Sequence record: SRR2962707_1476
Length of the DNA stretch: 50,884 nucleotides
Direction: 5' to 3' (one strand)
Shown here: positions 1 to 8,024 of the stretch, piece after piece
Numbering within the stretch: position 1 is the stretch's first letter
Layout: the number at the start of each line of letters is the position of its first letter
Made by a program: the position numbers and the translations under genes
Notes under the pieces: model-generated
What the model was told of the DNA's origin: nothing
The model's input: the letters and a program-made list of their open reading frames with translations, nothing else
Databases searched by the model: none

Positions 1-101
1 TGTTAACGTAGAGGTCTATATCATATTGTGAGGTTTAGGGTTTAAGAAAAAATTTCGTCGCAAGAATACAAAAATTCAGTAACTCACAAAATCCGACAAA
101 C

Positions 102-109
102 TATTTTTG
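102..109 (+). promoter_or_regulatory. Bacteroidota housekeeping -7 promoter element (TATTTTTG) upstream of bla-uvrA
   Basis: Exact TAnnTTTG match 56 nt before ATG 166; no clear -33 TTTG. Confidence 0.45.
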
Positions 110-165
110 CCGGCATAAGAACCGAATTCCTTAGTTAGTGTTTCATAGACATACAAACCCCTAAA

Positions 166-912
166 ATGGTTGGAAAATATAGCTTTCAGAAAAAGTACTA
201 TTCATATTTCCTTTTGCTGATCATATCTGCTTGCTCAACAAAAAAAGGTGTTACAGATACGTATGAGAGTGAGAACCTGATTATCTCCCAACTTTCCGAA
301 AATGTATTTCAGCATGAATCATTTTTCAATAGTGAACAATGGGGACGAGTAGGCTGCAATGGCGCCATTTTCAGAAGTGATGATGAAGTAGTAATTATAG
401 ATACTCCAGTAGATGATATCGCTTCCAAAGAATTACTTAACTGGATTGAGGAACAATGGAAGAGTAAGGTTGTGGCTGTTGTTGCCACTCATTTTCACGA
501 AGATTGTATTGGCGGCCTAAAAGAATTTCATAATCGGGGGATTTCTTCATTTGCATCGCACAAAACCATCGAACTTGCCAGTGCAGGTACAGAAGTGATA
601 CCAACTACAGGATTTTTGGATTATTTTGAAATTGAAGTGGGTGATGACAAGGTGGTTAACAGGTATTTTGGTGCAGGCCACACTGATGATAATATTGTCT
701 CCTATTTTCCTGCTGGAAATGCGTTGTTTGGTGGATGCCTCATCAAAACCTATGGGGCTGGAAAAGGAAATTTGGCAGACGCGGATACTTTAGTATGGTC
801 AGAAACCGTATCAAAAGTACTCGCCGAATACCGTGATTCAATGGTGATACCAGGGCATGGGAAAAGCGGAGGAGCTGAGTTATTGAACTATACCATTGAC
901 CTGTTTGACTGA
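166..912 (+). CDS. bla: Subclass B1 metallo-beta-lactamase, predicted lipoprotein
   Basis: HFHED (H116-x-H118-x-D120), GHTDDN (H196), FGGCLIK (C221/K224), GNL, PGHG (H263); lipobox-like IISAC at residue 23. Confidence 0.9.
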   Translation: MVGKYSFQKKYYSYFLLLIISACSTKKGVTDTYESENLIISQLSENVFQHESFFNSEQWGRVGCNGAIFRSDDEVVIIDTPVDDIASKELLNWIEEQWKSKVVAVVATHFHEDCIGGLKEFHNRGISSFASHKTIELASAGTEVIPTTGFLDYFEIEVGDDKVVNRYFGAGHTDDNIVSYFPAGNALFGGCLIKTYGAGKGNLADADTLVWSETVSKVLAEYRDSMVIPGHGKSGGAELLNYTIDLFD

Positions 913-3718
913 AAGTAAGAAAGCATTGAAAAATAAAATCGACGATCTGGATCCAAAAGAATACATCATCATCAAAGGTGCTCGGGTGAATAACCTGAAA
1001 AACCTTGATGTTGCTATTCCTCGGGATCAACTGGTGGTGATCACAGGATTGTCAGGTTCTGGCAAGTCTTCTCTGGCGTTTGATACACTTTTTGCGGAAG
1101 GCCAGCGGAAATATGTGGAAAGTCTTAGTTCCTATGCCCGTCAGTTTCTTGGGAGAATGGAAAAACCAGAAGTGGACTACATAAAAGGAGTAGCGCCGGC
1201 TATTGCCATTGAGCAAAAAGTTTCATCCAGAAATCCGAGATCCACCGTTGGCACGACCACAGAAATCTACGATTACCTCAAATTGCTTTTCGCCAGAATC
1301 GGGAAAACAATCTCACCGGAATCTGGCAAGGAGGTAAAAAAAGACACTGTGACGGATGTGGTAGATTATATTCTTTCTCATGAAGAGGGAACCAAGCTGA
1401 TGGTCACTACACCGCTCAAGCTGAAAGCGAAAAGATCGCTAACCAAAGAACTGGAAATCCTGATGAGCAAAGGATATACACGAGTGATGATTGGTGAGGA
1501 GGTTTCATTTATTGAAGACTTGCTGAAGTCAGGAGAAAAGCCAAGTGGTGAAATTGAAATTTTGATCGATCGTGCTGTCGTGCAAAATGACGAGGCTACT
1601 CAATTTAGATTAGCAGATTCGGTTCAGACCGCATTTTTTGAGGGCGAAGGAGATTGCTTTATTACCATCGTTGGGAAAGGGAAAAAGAATTTTTCAGATC
1701 GATTTGAATTAGATGGAATGCTCTTTGAAGAACCCACCGTCAATTTCTTCAGCTTTAATAATCCGTATGGGGCATGCAAGAAGTGTGAAGGCTTTGGCCG
1801 AGTGTTGGGTATTGATCCTGACCTGGTCATTCCTGATCGAAATCTTTCTGTCTACGAGGGTGCCATAGCGCCATGGAAAGGTGAGACCATGAAAAAATGG
1901 GCAGAACCTTTGTTGCGCGATGGTGTTCGGTTTGATTTTCCGATTCACCGCCCAATCGCTGATCTTACCCAAAAGGAATACGATCTGCTATGGACAGGCA
2001 ATGAATATTTTGATGGCCTTAATGACTTTTTTGCCCATCTTGAATCCAAACTACACAAGATCCAATACCGTGTGATGCTTTCTCGGTATCGGGGTAAGAC
2101 CACCTGTCCTGATTGCCGAGGCACGAAACTGAGAAAAGATGCCAGTTACGTGAAGATTGTGGATCATTCAATTACTGATCTGGTATTGATGCCGGTCAAT
2201 CGTTTGTTGCCATTCTTTGAGGCAATCGACTTGAAATCACATGACGAAAAGATAGCTAAGCGGATTCTGGATGAAATTCGAAACCGCCTTTCTTACCTTG
2301 ATCAGGTAGGTCTTGGATATCTGACATTAAATCGATTGACCAATACACTCTCAGGGGGTGAATTTCAGCGTATAAAACTAGCGACCTCTTTGGGAAGTGC
2401 ACTGGTTGGTTCGATGTACATTTTGGATGAACCTAGCATCGGATTGCACCCAAGAGATACGGACCGGTTGATCAGTGTTTTAAAAAGCTTACGCGATGTG
2501 GGCAACTCAGTGATTGTGGTGGAGCATGAAGAAAAGGTAATGGAAGCTGCGGATCAGATCATTGACATTGGTCCTGATGCAGGCGTGTTTGGTGGTGAGC
2601 TGGTTTTTCAAGGCAAGACCTCAGACTTAAACGGGAAAACGCAATCTCATACGGCCAAATATTTACGAGGTGATGAAGTCATTCCAGTTCCGGAAAGACG
2701 GAGGCCATGGAGATCGTCAATGGTAATCGAGGGAGCAAGGGAGAATAACCTGAAAGATATAAATGTTGAATTTCCATTAGGTGTACTGACTGTGGTGACT
2801 GGTGTTAGTGGTTCAGGGAAGTCCACCCTGGTTAGAAAGATTTTACACCCAGCCATCGGCAAACAACTTGGGTTGATTGGTGAAGCCTCGGGAAAATTCA
2901 CTAACCTGACTGGCAATTATAAGAAGATAACCCAGGTGGAGTTTGTGGATCAAAATCCCATCGGTAAAAGTTCACGGTCTAATCCAGTAACGTATGTGAA
3001 AGCCTACGATGGGATCAGGCAGTTATTTTCCGAACAACCCCTTTCCAAGACCAATAATTTTAAGCCAGCCCATTTCTCTTTCAATGTTGATGGGGGTAGA
3101 TGCGAGGTTTGCGAGGGCGAAGGAACGGTTAAGATTGAAATGCAGTTCATGGCGGACTTGCACCTGACTTGTGAAAATTGCGGAGGTCAGCGGTTCAAGA
3201 AGGAAATTTTAGAAGTCAAATTCAATGACAAAAACATTTCAGAAGTATTGGATCTTTCTGTCCAGGAAGCTTTGGAATTTTTTGAAGGACATGCATCAAT
3301 CACCAACAAGTTGCAGCCCCTGTTTGATGTCGGGCTGGGCTATGTAAAATTGGGTCAGGGATCGAATTCATTAAGTGGTGGGGAAGCACAGCGAGTGAAA
3401 TTAGCTTCATTCTTAGCCAAAGGGCAGAAGCTTCATTCCTCAGATCATATCTTATTCATTTTTGACGAGCCTACCACTGGCCTTCATTTTCATGACATTA
3501 GAAAATTGTTAGATGCGATCAATGCATTGGTGGATGCAGGAAATTCTGTTGTGATTATCGAGCATAATACAGAAATCATCAAGAACGCAGACTGGATCAT
3601 CGACCTGGGGCCGGAGGGTGGAGATGAAGGTGGAAAAGTGTGTTTTGCTGGATTGCCTGAGGAGATGATTAAGCTAAAAGACAACTACACAGCGGAGTAC
3701 CTCAGAGAGAAACTATAG
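896..3718 (+). CDS. uvrA: Excinuclease ABC subunit A (start TTG 896 or TTG 905)
   Basis: GARVNNLKN, two Walker A motifs (GLSGSGKS, GVSGSGKS), LSGGE signatures, CxxC zinc modules, DEP Walker B motifs. Confidence 0.97.
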   Translation: MTCLTESKKALKNKIDDLDPKEYIIIKGARVNNLKNLDVAIPRDQLVVITGLSGSGKSSLAFDTLFAEGQRKYVESLSSYARQFLGRMEKPEVDYIKGVAPAIAIEQKVSSRNPRSTVGTTTEIYDYLKLLFARIGKTISPESGKEVKKDTVTDVVDYILSHEEGTKLMVTTPLKLKAKRSLTKELEILMSKGYTRVMIGEEVSFIEDLLKSGEKPSGEIEILIDRAVVQNDEATQFRLADSVQTAFFEGEGDCFITIVGKGKKNFSDRFELDGMLFEEPTVNFFSFNNPYGACKKCEGFGRVLGIDPDLVIPDRNLSVYEGAIAPWKGETMKKWAEPLLRDGVRFDFPIHRPIADLTQKEYDLLWTGNEYFDGLNDFFAHLESKLHKIQYRVMLSRYRGKTTCPDCRGTKLRKDASYVKIVDHSITDLVLMPVNRLLPFFEAIDLKSHDEKIAKRILDEIRNRLSYLDQVGLGYLTLNRLTNTLSGGEFQRIKLATSLGSALVGSMYILDEPSIGLHPRDTDRLISVLKSLRDVGNSVIVVEHEEKVMEAADQIIDIGPDAGVFGGELVFQGKTSDLNGKTQSHTAKYLRGDEVIPVPERRRPWRSSMVIEGARENNLKDINVEFPLGVLTVVTGVSGSGKSTLVRKILHPAIGKQLGLIGEASGKFTNLTGNYKKITQVEFVDQNPIGKSSRSNPVTYVKAYDGIRQLFSEQPLSKTNNFKPAHFSFNVDGGRCEVCEGEGTVKIEMQFMADLHLTCENCGGQRFKKEILEVKFNDKNISEVLDLSVQEALEFFEGHASITNKLQPLFDVGLGYVKLGQGSNSLSGGEAQRVKLASFLAKGQKLHSSDHILFIFDEPTTGLHFHDIRKLLDAINALVDAGNSVVIIEHNTEIIKNADWIIDLGPEGGDEGGKVCFAGLPEEMIKLKDNYTAEYLREKL

Positions 3719-3724
3719 TTATTA

Positions 3725-4126
3725 TTAGCCCTCAAGCATATACCCTCTCATCCTGTGCCTGATTCTGCCAAGATTTGGTTCTGAGGAGGCACTCTCAATA
3801 GAGGAAGACAGAAAGCCAATCGACTTTTCCTCAAAGCCAAAGAATTTGGCAACCCGCTCACAATACTTGATCTCACTAAGTAGCACCTTACTGTCAACTT
3901 TCATGAGTCTGACTGCATGGATGAGGATCTCGACCTTATCATCAAAACTTAAGTCCTTTACGAGGTTACTCACTTTGTCACTCTCAACGAGAAGCTGTTT
4001 CAGCTCTTTTAATGTCATCCCTTGCAGGCTAGCCAGGTGCTTAATGAAGTCTTTTTCGGTGTTGTCGAACTCACCATCTGCTTGTGCAATGCCAACAAGC
4101 ACTTTGAACTTTACGGCTTCATTCAT
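3725..4126 (-). CDS. TerB-family (tellurite-resistance-like) protein
   Basis: IAQADGEFDNTEKDFI and a second half-repeat LMKVDSKVLLSE; 133 aa, helical. Confidence 0.75.
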   Translation of the reverse strand: MNEAVKFKVLVGIAQADGEFDNTEKDFIKHLASLQGMTLKELKQLLVESDKVSNLVKDLSFDDKVEILIHAVRLMKVDSKVLLSEIKYCERVAKFFGFEEKSIGFLSSSIESASSEPNLGRIRHRMRGYMLEG

Positions 4127-4240
4127 AATCAGCGGGTTGGTTAATCCAACAATTTGATAACAAATGATCTACTTATCGCACTGATTATCAATATTTTGGA
4201 TGAGCAGTATGATTCTGTCGATTGATTCTTCCCGGAAATT

Positions 4241-4930
4241 CTAATTATCAAAATATGTACCCAGCATTTTCATGTTGGCCTCAGTTACAGCAACATCATA
4301 TTTAACCTGTCCTGCCTCTATTAGAATCACGCGATCACAAGATTCAGCAATATTCAATAAGTTGTGACTGGACACGATAACACTTCTGCCGGCCTCTTTT
4401 TGCGCTCGAATGAGTTTTCTCAATTTGGCTTGCGAGGTAGGATCAAGATGGGCAAAAGGCTCATCCATGAGGATGTATTTTGGATCGCCTGCTAGGAGTG
4501 ACAAGACACCTATTCTCACCTTAGTACCTGTCGATAAATCTCTGATATACTTTTTATTTTCATCAATGTCTTTGTTGGAAAACTCCGCAAACTGAGAAAG
4601 CAAAGCTTCCACGCTGAAGGTGGATTGTTTCATCTTCAATATGAAAGAGAGATATTCTTTCGGTTTCAGGAATTCAATCAGAAAGGACTCATCGATAAAG
4701 GCGTTCAAATGATTTTGCCATTCCGCAGAAACACTGACGTGAACATTTTCAATTGCCACATATCCTTCATCAGGTTTAATTAGATCGAGAATAGACTTAA
4801 AGAAAGTGGTCTTCCCTGCGCCATTATTCCCGACAATACCGATGCATTCTCCCGGATGAAATTCGAGGTTCGCAATGTCCAGAGCAGCCACTCCGTTAAA
4901 TGATTTCTTAAGATTATGGACTTTTATCAT
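4241..4930 (-). CDS. ABC transporter ATP-binding protein
   Basis: Walker A GNNGAGKTT, degenerate signature LSTGT, Walker B ILMDEP, SSH switch; 4-nt overlap with the permease. Confidence 0.93.
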   Translation of the reverse strand: MIKVHNLKKSFNGVAALDIANLEFHPGECIGIVGNNGAGKTTFFKSILDLIKPDEGYVAIENVHVSVSAEWQNHLNAFIDESFLIEFLKPKEYLSFILKMKQSTFSVEALLSQFAEFSNKDIDENKKYIRDLSTGTKVRIGVLSLLAGDPKYILMDEPFAHLDPTSQAKLRKLIRAQKEAGRSVIVSSHNLLNIAESCDRVILIEAGQVKYDVAVTEANMKMLGTYFDN

Positions 4931-6315
4931 GCCTTAAAACTTTGAGATAGGTGATATTTCTTTTTCATGTATTTCCTGGCGATGATCTCAGTAATTGGCT
5001 TGTATAGTATAAGGCCAACCACTCCCATTCCACCAAAAACCAGCATCGCCTGTTCAGCAAAAATTGCCTGACCAATTCCATAAATAATCATTGGAAGGAG
5101 CGTAACAAGAAAGCTGGTGACAAAAATGGGCCCGGTCATCATACCATTATAGTTCATAAAAGAATTTTCTGTCAAAATGATCCTGGTTCCATTGTATGTA
5201 GATCGAAACAATACCAAAGGAATAGTTACGCCTATGTTGTACAGAAAAATCATCAGCAGGTTCAACCAATTCAATCCATTGATAACTGTGGGTATGGAAG
5301 CCAATAAGAGACCTACCAAACAAGTACCCAGGTAGAACGCATATCTTGTCCGGATAAAGTCCCTTGGAGCAATATTGGTTAGTAGAAAGTCAAAGTAACT
5401 TCCCTCCCATCCCAGCGAGTAAACGCCATGCTGGATAATGAAAAATCCAGTTGAAATGAAGTAAATCAAAATGCTAATTGGGCTTATTGAGTTTTCGTCC
5501 AGCATCAATGGGAGAATCAAAATACTTATCAGCCCTAGCATGATATTACTTCTGGTTCGTTTGTTTCGAATCAGGAGTGCCCACTCTAATTGAAAGATGG
5601 GATTCTTGAAGCTAATTACCGGAAGAGAATCGAAAAGGCTGCCTCCTCTCGATTTCTCATGAATTTCTCTTCTCTCGATCGTTCCTTTCACCAGCGAGAA
5701 TGAAAGAAATATACTGATAGCTGTCACTATAGCTGGAATAAGTGGATGAAGTATTACAGCCGCAATTTCCAGATGAGGAAGTAGAAATTGGATCAGCAAA
5801 ACCATAAGCATGGATCCGGCAATAGCGGTTCGGACCCATCTTAGTGAAAACTGAGTAGCCAATGCGATAAAGTGGTTAGATATCCACCACAAGAACATGG
5901 AAAGAAGGTAAGTAAACCCAAGCCATTCACCTGCTTTAATAATGACCAAAATCATGGATATAGCAAAAATGAATGGAGTTATACCAAATAGGCTGGTAAC
6001 TAGATACTGAGAAGCAATTTGTTTAGGACGATCCAACCATAAAACATAGTATTTGAGTTTGGGCAGTGGTCGTCTGATGACCAGTCGAAGGCCCAGATCC
6101 AGAAAGATATATGTCATCAGGAACAAGGGATAATTCACCTCACTTAATTGGAAGAATGTACTTACCGATGAAGCATAATCATCCATGAGCATGTAGCTGT
6201 AAGACAGCATGCTTCCAAAAAGGATTGAGAGGACGATAAAAGCGAAAACCTCCCCATCAAAGGAAGTGCTCCTCACTATTGATTTATAATGATGTCGAAT
6301 GTAAAATAGATCCAT
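4927..6315 (-). CDS. Multi-pass membrane protein, DUF5687-like ABC exporter permease
   Basis: About 12 hydrophobic segments; LEWALLIRNKRTR and GWEGSYFD motifs; coupled to the ABC ATPase. Confidence 0.75.
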   Translation of the reverse strand: MDLFYIRHHYKSIVRSTSFDGEVFAFIVLSILFGSMLSYSYMLMDDYASSVSTFFQLSEVNYPLFLMTYIFLDLGLRLVIRRPLPKLKYYVLWLDRPKQIASQYLVTSLFGITPFIFAISMILVIIKAGEWLGFTYLLSMFLWWISNHFIALATQFSLRWVRTAIAGSMLMVLLIQFLLPHLEIAAVILHPLIPAIVTAISIFLSFSLVKGTIERREIHEKSRGGSLFDSLPVISFKNPIFQLEWALLIRNKRTRSNIMLGLISILILPLMLDENSISPISILIYFISTGFFIIQHGVYSLGWEGSYFDFLLTNIAPRDFIRTRYAFYLGTCLVGLLLASIPTVINGLNWLNLLMIFLYNIGVTIPLVLFRSTYNGTRIILTENSFMNYNGMMTGPIFVTSFLVTLLPMIIYGIGQAIFAEQAMLVFGGMGVVGLILYKPITEIIARKYMKKKYHLSQSFKA

Positions 6316-6380
6316 TGAGTAGAAAGGTATTCAGAATGACAGAGGGTTAGTATCATTGCAGACCAATTACTTACACAAGC

Positions 6381-7145
6381 ATGAGAAAAAATATAGTTGC
6401 CGGAAACTGGAAGATGAATTGTTCACTACCTGAGGGTAAAAAATTGGCCTCTGAGGTTATTCATATGGTGCAAGACGAGGTGAGAACGGATACAGAGATT
6501 GTTCTGATTCCTCCTTTTATTCACTTAACAGGCATTCAGAATTTAATCGGCACCATCCCAAATATTTATATGGGTGCTCAGAATTGTCATCAGGAGGAGT
6601 TCGGTGCTTTTACAGGGGAGGTTTCAGCAGCCATGCTGGTTTCCGTTGGCGCTAAGTATGTCGTCTTGGGTCATAGCGAAAGAAGGGAATATTTTGACGA
6701 GTCAGATGAGTTGCTGGCCAATAAGGTAAAACATGCACTCAACAATGGCTTAATTCCTATTTTTTGCTGCGGTGAAAAACTAGAAGTACGGGAAGCTGGC
6801 AACCAGGAAAAAGTGGTGGATGAGCAGGTAGAAAAGGCCCTTTTTGGCTTGTCTGATGAGGAAATAAGCAAAGTAGTGATTGCTTATGAGCCCGTGTGGG
6901 CAATTGGAACAGGTAAAACTGCTTCAGCCGATCAGGCACAGGAAATGCATGCTTTTATCCGTGCTAAACTAGGCGCTAAATATGGGTCAGCAATAGCCGA
7001 CGGCATTTCCATTCTTTATGGCGGAAGTGTTAAGCCAGACAATGCCAAAGAAATTTTTGCAAAACCTGATGTGGATGGTGGTCTAATAGGTGGTGCAAGT
7101 CTGAAATCGAGAGACTTTACGGAGATCATCAAAGCATTTGATTAA
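6381..7145 (+). CDS. tpiA: Triosephosphate isomerase
   Basis: AGNWKMN, GHSERR, AYEPVWAIGTG, YGGSV, GGASL. Confidence 0.98.
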   Translation: MRKNIVAGNWKMNCSLPEGKKLASEVIHMVQDEVRTDTEIVLIPPFIHLTGIQNLIGTIPNIYMGAQNCHQEEFGAFTGEVSAAMLVSVGAKYVVLGHSERREYFDESDELLANKVKHALNNGLIPIFCCGEKLEVREAGNQEKVVDEQVEKALFGLSDEEISKVVIAYEPVWAIGTGKTASADQAQEMHAFIRAKLGAKYGSAIADGISILYGGSVKPDNAKEIFAKPDVDGGLIGGASLKSRDFTEIIKAFD

Positions 7146-7970
7146 ATGGATTTTATCACCATCAAGGTCACTTGTTCTGAGGAGTTAACAGAACTCCTGA
7201 TTTCGGAGCTATTCGAGATGGGTTTCGATTCATTTCAGGAATTTGGCGATGGCTTTGAAGGTAGCTGCGTGCAGGAGCAATTTTCTGAGGAAGCCGTCAA
7301 AGACATCCTGGCATCTTATCCCAATATCTCTTTCGAAGTAAAAGAACAGGAAAAGATCAATTGGAATGAAGAATGGGAGAAAAATTATGATCCGATCATT
7401 GTTGGGGATAAATGCATAGTAAGAGCATCTTTCCATGACCCTCAGCCACAGTTTGAATATGAAATCATAGTCACCCCAAAAATGTCCTTTGGAACAGGGC
7501 ATCATGCAACGACCTATCAGGTACTGGCCTATCAGATGGAGCTGGATCATGAGGGAAAAAGTGTGCTGGATGTTGGAACCGGAACCGGAATCCTGGCGAT
7601 CATGGCACATAAGCGAGGGGCCAATAAACTGGTTGCCACTGATATCGATGACTGGTGTATTGAAAATAGTGAAGAGAATTTTGCGTTGAATGATGTGAAA
7701 GAGGTGAAATTGATCAAAGGGCAGATAGATGAGGTAGAAGAAACCGGATTTGATGTCGTCATCGCTAACATCAACAAGAATGTGTTGCTGGATCAAATGG
7801 ACGCTTATGTTTCCAGGTTGAAAGCAGGAGGGCAATTGATATTAAGCGGTTTTTATCAGGAAGATGTTGAAGACTTAATAGAAGAGGCGAGTAAATTTCG
7901 TCTAACAAAGAGTCGGGAGACTAACCGTGATAAGTGGGCAATGCTCGCACTTTCTAAACCATCCGTCTAA
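7146..7970 (+). CDS. prmA: Ribosomal protein L11 methyltransferase
   Basis: PKMSFGTGHHATT, VLDVGTGTGIL, ANIN, ILSGF. Confidence 0.95.
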   Translation: MDFITIKVTCSEELTELLISELFEMGFDSFQEFGDGFEGSCVQEQFSEEAVKDILASYPNISFEVKEQEKINWNEEWEKNYDPIIVGDKCIVRASFHDPQPQFEYEIIVTPKMSFGTGHHATTYQVLAYQMELDHEGKSVLDVGTGTGILAIMAHKRGANKLVATDIDDWCIENSEENFALNDVKEVKLIKGQIDEVEETGFDVVIANINKNVLLDQMDAYVSRLKAGGQLILSGFYQEDVEDLIEEASKFRLTKSRETNRDKWAMLALSKPSV

Positions 7971-8024
7971 TTCTGGCGTCTATTTCACTGTAAACAAAGG
8001 ACTTATCAATATCTTTAAGCTCTT

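Noticed and set aside
1-60. Start of a divergent gene at the left edge
   Set aside because: The only minus-strand ATG is followed by a stop after two codons; nothing supportable.
118-130. AGAA-N5-TTCC as a possible SOS operator for bla-uvrA
   Set aside because: Imperfect short palindrome that I cannot match to a validated Bacteroidota LexA box.
3725-4126. ter stress/anti-phage island
   Set aside because: Solitary TerB-like gene with no other ter or defence genes nearby.
4177-4195. Fur-box-like or FNR-like palindrome around CTGATTATCAA upstream of terB-like gene
   Set aside because: Only about 13/19 to the proteobacterial Fur box in AT-rich DNA, spacing is wrong for FNR, and it is a single copy.
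7230-7835. 201-aa antisense ORF
   Set aside because: Lies wholly opposite prmA and has no recognisable motifs.
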